From: Escherichia phage vB-Eco-KMB39
Strand: one strand, 5' to 3'
Sequence record: OR539219.1
DNA: 64,000 nt
Shown here: positions 18,701 through 37,240 of the stretch, one piece after another
Numbering within the stretch: the stretch's first letter is position 1
Layout: each line of letters opens with the position of its first letter
The notes under the pieces: generated by a model
The model's input: only the letters and a program-made list of their open reading frames with translations
Told to the model about the DNA's origin: nothing
Databases searched by the model: none
Made by a program: the position numbers and the translations under genes

Positions 18701-19697
18701 TTCAAGTGTTATCTATCGTGCGATAGTTACTTCAAAATTTAGAACAGAAAAAATGTTGAATTTTTATAATTCAATTGGAAGTGGTCCGGATAAAAACACT
18801 ATCTTTATTACATTTGGAAGATCAGAACCGTGGTCATCAAACGAAAATGAGGTGGGATTTGCCCCACCTTATCCCACTGATTCTGTGTTAGGTGTAACTG
18901 ACATGTGGACTCATATGATGGGAACCGTGAAGGTTCTTCCATCTATGCTTGATGCAGTTATTCCTCGTCGTGATTGGGGAGATACTAGATATCCGGATCC
19001 ATACACATTTAGAATTAACGATATTGTAGTGTGTAACTCAGCTCCTTACAACGCTACCGAATCAGGCGCAGGCTGGTTAGTATATCGTTGTTTAGATGTT
19101 CCTGATACCGGAATGTGTTCAATTGAGTCTTTAACTAATAAGGATGAATGCCTTAAGTTAGGTGGAAAATGGACTCCTTCTGTTAGGTCAATGACTCCTC
19201 CTGAAGGTCGAGGAGACGCGGAAGGAACAATCGAACCTGGAGACGGGTATGTATGGGAATATCTTTTTGAGATTCCGCCTGATGTATCTATAAACAGATG
19301 CACGAATGAATATATCGTGGTTCCTTGGCCTGAGGAATTAAAAGAAGATCCGACTAGATGGGGGTATGAAGATAACCTCACTTGGCAGCAAGATGATTTT
19401 GGATTAATTTACCGGGTTAAGGCAAATACTATTCGTTTTAAAGCATACTTAGATTCAGTTTATTTTCCTGAAGCTGCATTGCCAGGAAATAAAGGATTTA
19501 GACAAATATCGATAATCACGAATCCTCTTGAAGCTAAAGTTCATCCAAATGACCCAAACGTTAAAGCTGAAAAGGATTACTATGATCCGGAAGATTTAAT
19601 GAGGCATTCGGGCGAAATGATTTATATGGAAAATAGGCCACCTATTATTATGGCAATGGATCAAACGGAAGAAATCAATATTCTGTTTACATTTTAA
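18693..19697 (+). CDS. 8: baseplate wedge protein gp8
   Basis: 334 aa; synteny. Confidence 0.85.
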   Translation: MNDSSVIYRAIVTSKFRTEKMLNFYNSIGSGPDKNTIFITFGRSEPWSSNENEVGFAPPYPTDSVLGVTDMWTHMMGTVKVLPSMLDAVIPRRDWGDTRYPDPYTFRINDIVVCNSAPYNATESGAGWLVYRCLDVPDTGMCSIESLTNKDECLKLGGKWTPSVRSMTPPEGRGDAEGTIEPGDGYVWEYLFEIPPDVSINRCTNEYIVVPWPEELKEDPTRWGYEDNLTWQQDDFGLIYRVKANTIRFKAYLDSVYFPEAALPGNKGFRQISIITNPLEAKVHPNDPNVKAEKDYYDPEDLMRHSGEMIYMENRPPIIMAMDQTEEINILFTF

Positions 19698-19702
19698 ATT
19701 AA

Positions 19703-19729
19703 GGGAGCCCATGGGCTCCCTTTTTCTTT
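19703..19729 (+). terminator. intrinsic terminator after gene 8
   Basis: GGGAGCCC-AT-GGGCTCCC hairpin followed by TTTTTCTTT. Confidence 0.5.
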
Positions 19730-19736
19730 ATAAATA
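19729..19736 (+). promoter_or_regulatory. late promoter TATAAATA for gene 9
   Basis: Exact TATAAATA 25 nt upstream of the gene 9 ATG. Confidence 0.55.
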
Positions 19737-19760
19737 CTATAAACTCATAAGGAAACCGCT

Positions 19761-20627
19761 ATGTTCATTCAAGAACCAAAGAAATTGATTGATACCGGCG
19801 AAATTGGTAACGCTTCTACTGGTGATATCTTATTCGACGGTGGTAATAAAATTAATAGTGATTTTAATGCAATTTATAACGCGTTTGGCGATCAGCGTAA
19901 AATGGCAGTAGCAAATGGTACTGGTGCTGACGGCCAAATTATCCATGCTACTGGATATTATCAAAAGCATTCTATCACAGAGTACGCAACTCCGGTGAAA
20001 GTTGGTACTAGACATGATATTGATACCTCTGCTGTAGGTGTTAAAGTTATCATTGAAAGAGGCGAACTTGGTGATTGCGTTGAATTTATTAACTCAAATG
20101 GATCTATATCAGTTACCAATCCTTTAACGATTCAAGCGATTGATTCAATTAAAGGTGTTTCAGGTAATTTGGTAGTAACTAGCCCATATAGTAAAGTTAC
20201 TTTACGTTGTATTTCATCTGATAATTCTACGTCAGTTTGGAATTATTCTATTGAAAGTATGTTTGGCCAAAAGGAATCACCGGCTGAAGGTACATGGAAT
20301 ATTTCTACATCCGGATCAGTTGACATTCCATTATTTCATCGTACTGAATATAACATGGCTAAATTGTTAGTTACTTGCCAATCGGTAGATGGAAGAAAAA
20401 TTAAAACAGCAGAAATAAATATTCTTGTAGATACTGTTAATTCAACGGTCATTTCTTCTGAATATGCTGTCATGCGGGTTGGGAATGAAACCGAAGAAGA
20501 CGAAATCGCTAATATTGCATTTAGTATTAAAGAAAATTATGTAACGGCGACTATAAGTTCTTCAACTGTCGGTATGAGAGCAGCAGTTAAAGTTATCGCT
20601 ACGCAGAAAATCGGGGTGGCTCAATAA
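19761..20627 (+). CDS. 9: baseplate wedge / long-tail-fibre socket gp9
   Basis: 288 aa; synteny. Confidence 0.85.
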   Translation: MFIQEPKKLIDTGEIGNASTGDILFDGGNKINSDFNAIYNAFGDQRKMAVANGTGADGQIIHATGYYQKHSITEYATPVKVGTRHDIDTSAVGVKVIIERGELGDCVEFINSNGSISVTNPLTIQAIDSIKGVSGNLVVTSPYSKVTLRCISSDNSTSVWNYSIESMFGQKESPAEGTWNISTSGSVDIPLFHRTEYNMAKLLVTCQSVDGRKIKTAEINILVDTVNSTVISSEYAVMRVGNETEEDEIANIAFSIKENYVTATISSSTVGMRAAVKVIATQKIGVAQ

Positions 20628-22432
20628 TGAAACAAAATATTAATATCGGTAATGTTGTAGATGATGGTACCGGTGACTACCTGCGTAAAGGTGGTATAAA
20701 AATAAATGAAAACTTTGATGAGCTTTATTATGAACTCGGTGATGGTAATGTTCCATATTCAGCCGGTGCCTGGAAAACTTATAATGCTTCATCTGGGCAA
20801 ACATTAAAAGCTGAATGGGGAAAATCATACGCTATTAATACTTCGTCTGGAAGAGTAACACTGCAACTTCCTAAAGGAACTGTTAATGATTATAATAAAG
20901 TAATTAGAGCTAGGGATGTATTTGCAACATGGAATGTTAATCCAGTTACTTTAGTAGCCGCTTCTGGTGATACTATCAAAGGATCATCGTCATCGGTTGA
21001 AATTAACGTTCAATTTAGTGATTTAGAGCTAGTTTATTGCGCTCCGGGTCGTTGGGAATATGTCAAAAATAAACAAATTGACAAAATTATTAGTTCAGAC
21101 ATTAGCAATGTAGCTCGTAAAGAATTTTTAGTCGAAGTTCAAGGACAAACAGACTTTTTAGATATTTTCCGTGGAACTAGTTATAATGTTAATAACATCA
21201 GAGTAAAACACCGCGGTAACGAATTGTATTACGGCGATGTTTTTAGCGAAAACAGTGACTTTGGCTCTCCAGGGGAAAATGAAGGAGAATTGGTTCCTCT
21301 TGATGGATTTAATATTAGATTAAGACAGCCTTGTAATATTGGTGACACTGTTCAAATTGAAACATTTATGGATGGTGTATCGCAGTGGAGAAGTTCATAC
21401 ACAAGACGTCAAATAAAAGTATTAGATTCAAAATTAACATCAAAAACTTCTTTGGAAGGAAGTATTTACGTTACTGATTTATCGACAATGAAATCAATTC
21501 CATTCTCCGCATTTGGATTAATTCCAGGAGAACCTATTAATCCTAATTCTCTTGAAGTTCGTTTTAATGGAATTTTACAACAACAAGCTGGAACAGCAGG
21601 ATATCCTCTGTTTTTATGTGAAGGCGCTAATTCAGATACACAAGAAGGATGTATATCTCTTGGTGGTGAATGGAAAGAATCAAACACAGATTATTCTATA
21701 GAATATGAAGATGGAAAACCGATCAGTCTTTTATTTGATAGAAAATTTGAATCAGGTGATATAATCGTTATAACATGGTTCAATAATGATTTAGGAACTC
21801 TTTTGGAAAAAGATGACATTATTGAATTAACTGATGAACGCTATGTTAGCAAAGGATCATCTACTGAAGTTACTGGTGATGTAGCCTTAACTGATTTTGA
21901 TAAAATCGGTTGGCCAAATGTTGAAAAAGTTGATTCTTATACTAGAACATATAATTCAATATCATCTATTTTCGATAGCATTTATCCCATTGGTTCAATT
22001 TATGAAAATGCTATAAACCCAAATAATCCGGTGACTTATATGGGATTTGGTTCATGGAAATTATTTGGTAAAGGACAAGTTTTAGTAGGATGGAATGATG
22101 ATGTTACGGATCCAAACTTTGCATTAAATAACAATGATTTAGATTCTAGCGGAAATCCTTCGCATACTGCCGGTGGAACAGTTGGAACAACATCAGTGAC
22201 ACTTGAGAACGCAAATCTTCCTGCAACTAAAACTGATGAAAAAGTTTTAATTGAAGATGAAAACGGATCAGTTATTATTGGAGGTTGCCAATATGACCCA
22301 GATGAAACTGGTCCTATATATACAAAATACCGTGAAGACTACGCAACAACAAACTCTTCACATACTCCTCCTGCTAATATTAGTAATATTCAACCGTCTA
22401 TTACTGTATACCGTTGGATAAGGATTGCATAA
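20627..22432 (+). CDS. 10: baseplate wedge / short-tail-fibre attachment gp10
   Basis: 601 aa; synteny. Confidence 0.85.
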   Translation: MKQNINIGNVVDDGTGDYLRKGGIKINENFDELYYELGDGNVPYSAGAWKTYNASSGQTLKAEWGKSYAINTSSGRVTLQLPKGTVNDYNKVIRARDVFATWNVNPVTLVAASGDTIKGSSSSVEINVQFSDLELVYCAPGRWEYVKNKQIDKIISSDISNVARKEFLVEVQGQTDFLDIFRGTSYNVNNIRVKHRGNELYYGDVFSENSDFGSPGENEGELVPLDGFNIRLRQPCNIGDTVQIETFMDGVSQWRSSYTRRQIKVLDSKLTSKTSLEGSIYVTDLSTMKSIPFSAFGLIPGEPINPNSLEVRFNGILQQQAGTAGYPLFLCEGANSDTQEGCISLGGEWKESNTDYSIEYEDGKPISLLFDRKFESGDIIVITWFNNDLGTLLEKDDIIELTDERYVSKGSSTEVTGDVALTDFDKIGWPNVEKVDSYTRTYNSISSIFDSIYPIGSIYENAINPNNPVTYMGFGSWKLFGKGQVLVGWNDDVTDPNFALNNNDLDSSGNPSHTAGGTVGTTSVTLENANLPATKTDEKVLIEDENGSVIIGGCQYDPDETGPIYTKYREDYATTNSSHTPPANISNIQPSITVYRWIRIA

Positions 22433-23091
22433 TGAGTTTACTTAATAATAAAGCGGGAGTTATTTCCCGCTTAGCAGATTTTCTTGGTTTTAGAACTAAG
22501 AAAAATGATATTTCGGTTATGAATAATCAGCCAGTAGGTGCTGTAACAATTTCACAAATAGCAAAAGGTTTTTATGACCCAAATGTAGAATCTGCTATCA
22601 ATGATGTTAGAAATATGGCAGAGCAACAGGTTGGAGCTGTATTAGTTAATATAAGTGGCGTATCTCCTACTGGCGTGCAGCAAACAGACTATTGGTCATT
22701 TGAAGGAACTGTTACTGATACTTCAGCCAAACCAGGTGACCCAGTTATTGTTAATATGTTTGGCATTCCTGTTAAAGCTACTAATGGAATGACTTCAATC
22801 GAATTTACCAGTGCCGTTAGAACAGCTCTACAGGAAATGGTTGCAAAATTTATTGCAATTGATTCATTTGAAGACCATCCTACCATAGGAAATAAAATAC
22901 AAGTTAAGTATTTAGATAACCAAGAACATATCTTAGAACAATACTCTGATAAAGGAATTACTTTCAAACAGGAAATAATTTCTCCTTCTAAACCTGGGTA
23001 TGGAACTTGGCAATTATTAGGTGCGCAAACTGTTACGCTAGATAGTCACACCCAACCTACAGTATTTTATTATTTTGAGAGAATAGCATGA
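22432..23091 (+). CDS. 11: baseplate wedge protein gp11
   Basis: Start moved to ATG 22432 (TAATG overlap with gp10 stop), giving 219 aa. Confidence 0.85.
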   Translation: MSLLNNKAGVISRLADFLGFRTKKNDISVMNNQPVGAVTISQIAKGFYDPNVESAINDVRNMAEQQVGAVLVNISGVSPTGVQQTDYWSFEGTVTDTSAKPGDPVIVNMFGIPVKATNGMTSIEFTSAVRTALQEMVAKFIAIDSFEDHPTIGNKIQVKYLDNQEHILEQYSDKGITFKQEIISPSKPGYGTWQLLGAQTVTLDSHTQPTVFYYFERIA

Positions 23092-24638
23092 GTAACAATA
23101 CATATCAGCACGTATCAAATGAATCGAAATACGTTAAATTCGATCCTGCAGGATCGAATTTTCCTGACACTGTCACGACAGTGCAGTCAGCATTATCAAA
23201 AATAAGTAATATCGGCGTAAATGGTATTCCTGATGCAACTATGGAAGTTAAAGGAATAGCAATGATTGCATCGGAGCAAGAGGTTTTAGATGGAACTAAT
23301 AATTCTAAAATCGTTACACCAGCTACATTAGCAACAAGATTATTGTATCCAAATGCTACTGAAACTAAATATGGGTTAACGCGCTATTCAACAAATGAAG
23401 AAACTTTAGAAGGCTCAGATAATAATTCATCAATAACGCCGCAAAAACTGAAATACCATACTGACGATGTATTCCAAAATAGGTATTCATCTGAATCATC
23501 AAATGGAGTTATTAAAATATCATCTACTCCTGCGGCTTTGGCTGGTATAGATGATACTACGGCGATGACTCCGTTGAAAACCCAAAAACTCGCAATAAAA
23601 TTAATTTCGCAAATAGCTCCTTCAGAAGACACAGCATCAGAATCTGTTAGAGGTGTAGTTCAGTTATCAACTGTCGCTCAAACTCGTCAAGGAACTCTCC
23701 GCGAAGGATATGCAATTTCTCCGTATACCTTTATGAATTCTGTTGCAACACAAGAATATAAGGGTGTTATACGTTTAGGAACACAATCAGAAATTAACAG
23801 TAATTTGGGAGATGTTGCAGTAACAGGTGAAACACTAAATGGTCGAGGAGCTACCGGTTCTATGCGTGGGGTAGTAAAATTAACGACGCAAGCCGGTATT
23901 GCCCCTGAAGGTGATAGCTCTGGGGCATTAGCCTGGAACGCAGATGTAATTAATACTCGTGGTGGACAAACTATTAATGGTTCTTTAAATTTAGACCATC
24001 TCACGGCAAATGGAATTTGGTCGCGCGGCGGAATGTGGAAAAATGGCGATCAGCCTGTTGCCACTGAAAGATATGCGTCCGAACGGGTTCCGGTTGGAAC
24101 TATTATGATGTTTGCGGGTGATTCAGCACCTCCAGGTTGGATTATGTGTCATGGTGGAACTGTGTCAGGAGATCAATATCCTGATTATAGAAACACAGTT
24201 GGAACAAGATTTGGTGGGGATTGGAATAATCCAGGGATTCCTGATATGCGAGGTCTTTTCGTCAGAGGAGCGGGCACAGGTGGTCATATTTTAAATCAAC
24301 GAGGACAAGATGGTTATGGGAAGGATAGACTTGGTGTAGGATGTGATGGAATGCATGTTGGTGGTGTTCAAGCGCAACAAATGTCATACCATAAACACGC
24401 TGGTGGTTGGGGAGAATATAACAGAAGTGAAGGTCCATTTGGCGCGTCTGTTTATCAAGGATATCTTGGAACTAGAAAATATGCCGACTGGGATAACGCT
24501 TCATACTTCACCAATGATGGATTTGAATTAGGTGGACCGAGAGATGCCCTTGGTACACTTAATCGTGAAGGATTAATTGGTTATGAAACTAGACCATGGA
24601 ATATATCATTAAACTATATTATTAAAATTCATTACTAA
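23088..24638 (+). CDS. 12: short tail fibre gp12
   Basis: 516 aa; repetitive N-terminal shaft and C-terminal receptor-binding region. Confidence 0.85.
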   Translation: MSNNTYQHVSNESKYVKFDPAGSNFPDTVTTVQSALSKISNIGVNGIPDATMEVKGIAMIASEQEVLDGTNNSKIVTPATLATRLLYPNATETKYGLTRYSTNEETLEGSDNNSSITPQKLKYHTDDVFQNRYSSESSNGVIKISSTPAALAGIDDTTAMTPLKTQKLAIKLISQIAPSEDTASESVRGVVQLSTVAQTRQGTLREGYAISPYTFMNSVATQEYKGVIRLGTQSEINSNLGDVAVTGETLNGRGATGSMRGVVKLTTQAGIAPEGDSSGALAWNADVINTRGGQTINGSLNLDHLTANGIWSRGGMWKNGDQPVATERYASERVPVGTIMMFAGDSAPPGWIMCHGGTVSGDQYPDYRNTVGTRFGGDWNNPGIPDMRGLFVRGAGTGGHILNQRGQDGYGKDRLGVGCDGMHVGGVQAQQMSYHKHAGGWGEYNRSEGPFGASVYQGYLGTRKYADWDNASYFTNDGFELGGPRDALGTLNREGLIGYETRPWNISLNYIIKIHY

Positions 24639-24647
24639 GGATTACAA

Positions 24648-26105
24648 ATGATTGAATTAAAAGAGTTACCTTTTGTTGATAGCGTTCCTGGCGAAGGTCA
24701 GGAGCGTATTTCATGGATTAAAAATGGTGAAGAAATATTAGGAGCTAGTACTAAGTATGGAAACGATGGATCAATGAATAGACCAACTGTTTCCGTGTTT
24801 AAAAATGTTGAGGTTCTTGACGAAAATATAGGAATTCTTAAAACAGCATTAGAAACATCCCAGGAAGATATTAAAACCATTCAGGGTATCTTAGATGTAT
24901 CTGGTGATATAGAAGCTTTATCGCAAATAAGTATCAATAAAAAGGATATCACTGATCTTAAAACGCTTACGAGTGAACATACCGAAATATTAAATGGAAC
25001 TAATAATACTGTCGATAGCATTCTTGCTGACATTGGTCCATTTAATTCGCAAGCAAATTCAGTTTATAGAACGATTAGAAATGATTTGTTATGGATTAAA
25101 AGGGAATTAGGACAATATGCTGGGCAAGACATTAACGGTCTTCCTGTTGTAGGAAATAGCAGCACGGGTATGAAGCACCGTATCATTAATAATACAGATG
25201 CTATAACTTCCCAAGGAATACGTCTAAGTGATTTGGAAGAAAAATTTATTGAATCTGATGTAGGTTCACTGACAATTGAAGTCGGAAATCTTAGACAAGA
25301 ACTTGGACAAAGACCATCTTCATTTAGTGAAAGCATATATTCACGTGTGCATAATTTAGATCAATCTCAAATTAATCTTAGTTCCGAAATTAAATCTATC
25401 AAAACTTCTATTGGATATCCAGGAAATACTTCAATAATCACAGATGTTAACACTAATACCCAAGAAATTTCAGCTTTAAATGATGAACTAAATAAAAGCG
25501 GAGGTATTAAACAGCGATTGACTGTCATTGAAACATCAATTGGCTCAGATGATATTCCTTCTAGTATTAAAGGTCGAATTAAAGATAATACAACATCTAT
25601 TGAGTTTTTAAATGGAATTGTTGGTGAAAACACTTCATCTGGACTACGAGCAAATGTTTCATGGCTAAACCAAATCGTTGGAACTGATTCTAGTGGAGGT
25701 CAGCCTTCTCCTCCTGGGTCTCTTTTAAATAGGGTTTCAACTATTGAAACTTCCGTTAATAGATTGAACAATGATGTTCAAAACTTACAAGTTGAAATTG
25801 GTAATAACAATTCCGGAATTAAAGGACAAGTTGTAGCATTAAATAAATTAGTAAATGGAACAAATCCAAATGGTTCAACTGTCGAAGAACGCGGATTGAC
25901 TAATTCAATAAAAGCTAATGAGACTAACATTGCTTCAATTAATCAAGAAATGCGTAGTATTAAAAGTAATGTATCTTCGTTACAGGGGGATGTTCAGACT
26001 TTGCAGGAAGCAGGTTATATTCCTGAAGCTCCAAAAGATGGTCAAGCTTACGTTCGTAAAGACGGCGAATGGGTATTACTTTCTACCTTTTTATCACCAG
26101 CATAA
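24648..26105 (+). CDS. wac: fibritin (whisker) Wac
   Basis: 485 aa coiled coil ending in the foldon [27 protein letters not shown]. Confidence 0.9.
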   Translation: MIELKELPFVDSVPGEGQERISWIKNGEEILGASTKYGNDGSMNRPTVSVFKNVEVLDENIGILKTALETSQEDIKTIQGILDVSGDIEALSQISINKKDITDLKTLTSEHTEILNGTNNTVDSILADIGPFNSQANSVYRTIRNDLLWIKRELGQYAGQDINGLPVVGNSSTGMKHRIINNTDAITSQGIRLSDLEEKFIESDVGSLTIEVGNLRQELGQRPSSFSESIYSRVHNLDQSQINLSSEIKSIKTSIGYPGNTSIITDVNTNTQEISALNDELNKSGGIKQRLTVIETSIGSDDIPSSIKGRIKDNTTSIEFLNGIVGENTSSGLRANVSWLNQIVGTDSSGGQPSPPGSLLNRVSTIETSVNRLNNDVQNLQVEIGNNNSGIKGQVVALNKLVNGTNPNGSTVEERGLTNSIKANETNIASINQEMRSIKSNVSSLQGDVQTLQEAGYIPEAPKDGQAYVRKDGEWVLLSTFLSPA

Positions 26106-26107
26106 CA

Positions 26108-26123
26108 TGGGGCCGCAAGGCCC
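26108..26123 (+). terminator. GC-rich tetraloop hairpin after wac
   Basis: GGGGCC-GCAA-GGCCCC; no clear T-run, so may be an RNA-stability element rather than a terminator. Confidence 0.35.
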
Positions 26124-26136
26124 CAAAGGATTTTAA

Positions 26137-27839
<1,703 letters not shown>

Positions 27840-27881
27840 TAAATATTAATAAACTAATTAAAGCCCAGATTAGGAGAAATC

Positions 27882-31022
<3,141 letters not shown>

Positions 31023-31050
31023 TATTAAAGCATATTAAAGAGGATTAAAA

Positions 31051-33030
31051 ATGACTTTATTATCTCCGGGCATTGAGCTCAAAGAAACTACGGTTCAAAG
31101 CACCGTTGTTAATAACTCTACTGGTACAGCAGCTTTGGCCGGTAAATTCCAGTGGGGTCCTGCTTTTCAGATTAAACAGGTTACAAATGAAGTAGATTTA
31201 GTTAATACTTTTGGTCAACCTACAGCTGAAACTGCTGATTATTTTATGTCTGCAATGAATTTCTTACAATATGGAAATGATTTGCGAGTTGTGCGTGCTG
31301 TCGATAGAGATACCGCTAAAAACTCATCTCCGATTGCTGGTAATATTGAATACACTATTTCAGCCCCAGGTAGTAACTACGCGGTTGGAGATAAAATCAC
31401 GGTTAAGTATGTTTCAGAAAATGTTGAAACAGAGGGTAAAATTACTGAAGTAGACGCAGATGGAAAAATTAAGAAAATTAATATTCCTACTGCAAAAATT
31501 ATTGCTAAAGCGAAAGAAGTCGGTGAATATCCAGCATTAGGTTCTAACTGGACTGCAGAAATTTCTTCATCTTCTTCCGGTTTAGCTGCAGTAATAACTC
31601 TTGGAAAAATTATTACTGATTCCGGTATTTTATTAGCTGAAATCGAGAGCGCTGAAACTGCTATGACAGCAGTTGATTTTCAGGCAAATCTTGAAAAATA
31701 TGGAATTCCAGGAGTAGTAGCTCTCTATCCAGGCGAATTAGGCGATAAAATTGAAATTGAAATCGTATCTAAAGCTGACTACGCAAAAGGTGCTTCTGCA
31801 TTACTCCCAATTTATCCAGGTGGTGGAACACGCGCATCTACTGCCAAGGCAGTGTTTGGATATGGACCACAAACTGATTCACAATACGCTATTATAGTTC
31901 GTCGTAATGATGCTATTGTTCAAAGCGTTGTTCTTTCAACAAAGCGTGGTGAAAAAGATATTTACGATAGTAACATCTATATTGATGACTTTTTCGCAAA
32001 AGGTGGTTCAGAATATATTTTTGCAACTGCACAAAACTGGCCAGAAGGCTTCTCTGGAATTTTAACTCTGTCTGGTGGATTATCATCAAATGCTGAAGTA
32101 ACAGCAGGAGATTTGATGGAAGCCTGGGACTTCTTTGCTGACCGTGAATCTGTTGACGTTCAACTGTTTATTGCGGGTTCTTGTGCTGGTGAATCTTTAG
32201 AAACAGCATCTACTGTCCAAAAACACGTCGTTTCAATTGGTGATGCTCGCCAGGATTGCTTAGTATTGTGCTCACCACCGCGTGAAACTGTAGTTGGAAT
32301 TCCTGTAACCCGTGCTGTTGATAACTTAGTCAATTGGAGAACTGCAGCAGGTTCATACACTGATAATAACTTTAATATCAGTTCAACCTACGCAGCAATT
32401 GATGGCAACTACAAATATCAGTATGACAAATATAATGATGTGAATCGTTGGGTCCCATTAGCAGCTGATATTGCTGGATTGTGTGCAAGAACTGATAACG
32501 TATCTCAGACTTGGATGTCTCCAGCTGGTTATAATCGTGGCCAGATTCTTAACGTTATTAAACTTGCTATTGAAACTCGCCAGGCTCAGCGCGACCGTTT
32601 ATACCAAGAAGCTATCAACCCGGTAACTGGTACAGGTGGTGATGGTTACGTATTGTATGGTGATAAAACAGCTACTTCTGTTCCTTCTCCATTTGATCGT
32701 ATTAACGTTCGTCGTCTGTTTAATATGTTGAAAACGAATATCGGACGTAGTTCAAAATATCGTTTGTTCGAATTAAACAATGCGTTTACTCGTTCATCAT
32801 TCCGCACAGAAACTGCCCAGTACTTACAGGGAATTAAAGCTCTCGGTGGAATTTATGAATATCGTGTAGTTTGCGATACAACAAATAACACTCCGTCAGT
32901 AATTGATAGAAATGAGTTTGTTGCAACATTCTACATCCAACCGGCTCGTAGTATAAATTATATCCAACTTAATTTCGTCGCAACTGCTACTGGTGCAGAT
33001 TTCGATGAGTTAACTGGTCTTGCAGGTTAA
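31051..33030 (+). CDS. 18: tail sheath protein gp18
   Basis: 659 aa; recognised tail sheath sequence. Confidence 0.9.
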   Translation: MTLLSPGIELKETTVQSTVVNNSTGTAALAGKFQWGPAFQIKQVTNEVDLVNTFGQPTAETADYFMSAMNFLQYGNDLRVVRAVDRDTAKNSSPIAGNIEYTISAPGSNYAVGDKITVKYVSENVETEGKITEVDADGKIKKINIPTAKIIAKAKEVGEYPALGSNWTAEISSSSSGLAAVITLGKIITDSGILLAEIESAETAMTAVDFQANLEKYGIPGVVALYPGELGDKIEIEIVSKADYAKGASALLPIYPGGGTRASTAKAVFGYGPQTDSQYAIIVRRNDAIVQSVVLSTKRGEKDIYDSNIYIDDFFAKGGSEYIFATAQNWPEGFSGILTLSGGLSSNAEVTAGDLMEAWDFFADRESVDVQLFIAGSCAGESLETASTVQKHVVSIGDARQDCLVLCSPPRETVVGIPVTRAVDNLVNWRTAAGSYTDNNFNISSTYAAIDGNYKYQYDKYNDVNRWVPLAADIAGLCARTDNVSQTWMSPAGYNRGQILNVIKLAIETRQAQRDRLYQEAINPVTGTGGDGYVLYGDKTATSVPSPFDRINVRRLFNMLKTNIGRSSKYRLFELNNAFTRSSFRTETAQYLQGIKALGGIYEYRVVCDTTNNTPSVIDRNEFVATFYIQPARSINYIQLNFVATATGADFDELTGLAG

Positions 33031-33038
33031 TTGATTGT

Positions 33039-33052
33039 GGGGCTTCGGCCCC
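33039..33052 (+). terminator. GC-rich UUCG-type hairpin after gene 18
   Basis: GGGGC-TTCG-GCCCC; weak T-run. Confidence 0.35.
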
Positions 33053-33069
33053 TATTCTCGAGGAAACAA

Positions 33070-33675
33070 GTGATTATTTCTAAGTTTGTTACAATAAAAC
33101 CAAGAAATCATTCAAAAATGTGGTCGGCAATTCTAGGATATGAAGTATCATATCATGATACAGTATCTGTTCCAATAGAATTAATGCCAAAGAATAGTAA
33201 TAAAATAGTTGACGCTAAATGTGATTTGTGCGGTATTAAATTTAGTAGAAGCATTCAGCTTTTAAATAGAACACCCACACATGCGTGTAGAAAATGCAGT
33301 ATTAAACAAGTTGCTATTAAAAATTCGGAAGTTCAATCCGGAATAAGCAGACCATGGCAAAGAGGCGATAAACATCCTCGATGGACTGGTAAAAGAAAAG
33401 AGTTTGCATTATATGCTAGTAGAGTTCATTCTATAACTAAGTCAGCTAAAATAAGAAAAATTTGGTCAAAATGGCCGAATGCTGATAAAATAGGAGTGTG
33501 CGGTGTAGAAGGTGCTTATCAACTCGATCATAAAGTATCTATCAAATATGGATTTGATAATTTAATTCCGCCGGAAATTATAGCAAGCGTAAAAAATTTA
33601 GAAATAATCACTTGGGAATCTAACCGAGAAAAGTCAAAAAGAAATAGCGTAGATCTTTGGGATTTACTAGAATGA
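33070..33675 (+). CDS. HNH homing endonuclease with zinc-finger, inserted between genes 18 and 19
   Basis: Cys pairs CDLCG...CRKC and HNH-like AYQLDHKVSIKYGF...NLEIITWESNREK; GTG start at 33070 after GAGGAAA chosen instead of track TTG 33031. Confidence 0.65.
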   Translation: MIISKFVTIKPRNHSKMWSAILGYEVSYHDTVSVPIELMPKNSNKIVDAKCDLCGIKFSRSIQLLNRTPTHACRKCSIKQVAIKNSEVQSGISRPWQRGDKHPRWTGKRKEFALYASRVHSITKSAKIRKIWSKWPNADKIGVCGVEGAYQLDHKVSIKYGFDNLIPPEIIASVKNLEIITWESNREKSKRNSVDLWDLLE

Positions 33676-33682
33676 TTCTAAA

Positions 33683-33700
33683 GGCCTGTTTCGGCAGGCC
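33683..33700 (+). terminator. hairpin after the HNH gene
   Basis: GGCCTG-TTTCGG-CAGGCC inverted repeat. Confidence 0.35.
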
Positions 33701-33701
33701 A

Positions 33702-33709
33702 TATAAATA
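33702..33709 (+). promoter_or_regulatory. late promoter TATAAATA (distal copy) upstream of gene 19
   Basis: Exact TATAAATA. Confidence 0.5.
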
Positions 33710-33760
33710 CACTATATCCTTAATTCTTTAATTCTATATGCCCTAGGTTAAACATAGGGA

Positions 33761-33768
33761 TATAAATA
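33761..33768 (+). promoter_or_regulatory. late promoter TATAAATA (proximal copy) for gene 19
   Basis: Exact TATAAATA 15 nt upstream of the gene 19 ATG. Confidence 0.55.
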
Positions 33769-33782
33769 CTACAGAGGCTAAT

Positions 33783-34274
33783 ATGTTTGTAGATGATGTA
33801 ACACGAGCGTTTGAATCTGGTGATTTTGCTCGACCTAACTTATTCCAAGTAGAAATTTCTTATCTTGGACAAAATTTTACGTTCCAATGTAAAGCCACTG
33901 CTTTACCAGCTGGTATTGTAGAAAAAATTCCAGTCGGATTTATGAACCGTAAAATTAACGTGGCAGGCGATCGTACATTCGATGACTGGACTGTTACAGT
34001 AATGAACGATGAAGCTCATGATGCTCGCCAGAAGTTTGTTGATTGGCAAAGCATTGCTGCTGGTCAAGGAAACGAAATTACTGGTGGAAAACCTGCAGAG
34101 TATAAAAAGAGCGCTATTGTTCGTCAATATGCTCGTGATGCTAAAACAGTAACAAAAGAAATTGAAATTAAAGGTCTGTGGCCTACTAACGTGGGTGAAC
34201 TTCAATTAGATTGGGATTCAAACAATGAAATCCAAACCTTTGAAGTAACTCTTGCTCTCGATTATTGGGAATAA
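33783..34274 (+). CDS. 19: tail tube protein gp19
   Basis: 163 aa; recognised. Confidence 0.9.
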   Translation: MFVDDVTRAFESGDFARPNLFQVEISYLGQNFTFQCKATALPAGIVEKIPVGFMNRKINVAGDRTFDDWTVTVMNDEAHDARQKFVDWQSIAAGQGNEITGGKPAEYKKSAIVRQYARDAKTVTKEIEIKGLWPTNVGELQLDWDSNNEIQTFEVTLALDYWE

Positions 34275-34306
34275 AATGAATGGGGAGAAATCCCCATCCT
34301 GCTTAA

Positions 34307-35931
<1,625 letters not shown>

Positions 35932-35932
<1 letters not shown>

Positions 35933-36177
35933 TGGAAGGTTTAATTGAAGCTATTAAATCAAACGACCTCGTAGCCGCTCGTAAATTATTTGCTGAAGCC
36001 ATGGCTGCAAGAACGATTGATTTAATTAAAGAAGAAAAAATCGCTATCGCTCGTAATTTCTTAATCGAAGGTGAAGAACCTGAAGACGAGGATGATGAAG
36101 ACGAAGATAGTGATGATAAAGAAGACAAAAAAGACAAAGACTCTGATGAAGATGACGAAGACGAGGATGATGAATAA
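35932..36177 (+). CDS. 67: prohead core protein gp67
   Basis: 81 aa with acidic D/E-rich C-terminal half. Confidence 0.8.
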
Positions 36178-36602
36178 TGCTTCTGATCCCTGAAACTCAT
36201 GAATTAGTTCTCGAGAATGTCGAAGCACTTATTCCTGAAGCACAGGGTCGCTTTGACGAATTGTCTTCTGCTTTAAATAAAGACGATATAAATACAATTA
36301 TCGAGAATATGCTTGATGATGAAACTGATTTAGCAGTTGCATTAGCTTCTATTAATGAAAATATGCCGTTAAATGAATTCATTGTTAAGCATGTTTCAGC
36401 TCGTGGTGAAATTACACGTACTAAAGACCGCAAAACACGCGAACGTAATGCATTTCAAACCACTGGGCTGTCTAAAGCAAAACGTAGACAAATTGCTCGC
36501 AAAGCTACCAAAACGAAGATTGCCAATCCAGCAGGTCAATCTCGTGCTCAGCGTAAGCGTAAAAAAGCTCTTAAACGCCGTAAAGCATTAGGATTAAGCT
36601 AA
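36177..36602 (+). CDS. 68: prohead core protein gp68
   Basis: 141 aa; synteny. Confidence 0.8.
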   Translation: MLLIPETHELVLENVEALIPEAQGRFDELSSALNKDDINTIIENMLDDETDLAVALASINENMPLNEFIVKHVSARGEITRTKDRKTRERNAFQTTGLSKAKRRQIARKATKTKIANPAGQSRAQRKRKKALKRRKALGLS

Positions 36603-37240
36603 TGAATGAACCCCAATTACTAATTGAAACTTGGGGTCAACCTGGCGAAATTATTGATGGTGTGCCAATGCTTGAATCCCACGATGGAAAAGACTTAGGT
36701 TTAAAACCTGGTTTATACATCGAAGGAATATTCATGCAAGCAGAAGTCGTCAATAGAAATAAACGTCTTTATCCAAAACGCATATTAGAAAAAGCGGTAA
36801 AAGACTATATTAATGAGCAAGTTTTAACTAAACAAGCTCTCGGAGAATTAAATCATCCTCCACGCGCTAATGTTGACCCGATGCAAGCCGCTATCATTAT
36901 AGAAGATATGTGGTGGAAAGGAAATGACGTATACGGACGAGCTCGTGTTATTGAAGGTGACCATGGTCCTGGAGATAAATTAGCAGCTAATATTCGTGCC
37001 GGATGGATTCCAGGAGTTTCTTCTCGTGGATTAGGTTCATTGACTGACACAAATAAAGGTTATCGTATCGTAAACGAAGGATTCAAATTAACTGTAGGTG
37101 TTGATGCAGTATGGGGTCCAAGTGCTCCAGATGCATGGGTAACTCCTAAGGAAATTACCGAATCACAGACGGCGGAAGCCGATACAAGTGCCGATGACGC
37201 CTATATGGCTCTCGCAGAGGCCATGAAAAAAGCGTTATAA
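36602..37240 (+). CDS. 21: prohead core protease gp21
   Basis: 212 aa; synteny 20-67-68-21-22-23. Confidence 0.9.
   Translation: MNEPQLLIETWGQPGEIIDGVPMLESHDGKDLGLKPGLYIEGIFMQAEVVNRNKRLYPKRILEKAVKDYINEQVLTKQALGELNHPPRANVDPMQAAIIIEDMWWKGNDVYGRARVIEGDHGPGDKLAANIRAGWIPGVSSRGLGSLTDTNKGYRIVNEGFKLTVGVDAVWGPSAPDAWVTPKEITESQTAEADTSADDAYMALAEAMKKAL

Noticed and set aside
24112-24531. Two 60-aa plus-strand ORFs inside gene 12
   Set aside because: Out-of-frame overlaps within a confidently assigned structural gene; no independent start signals
27840-27881. Near-consensus late promoter TAATAAATA upstream of gene 15
   Set aside because: One mismatch to TATAAATA; not called without experimental support
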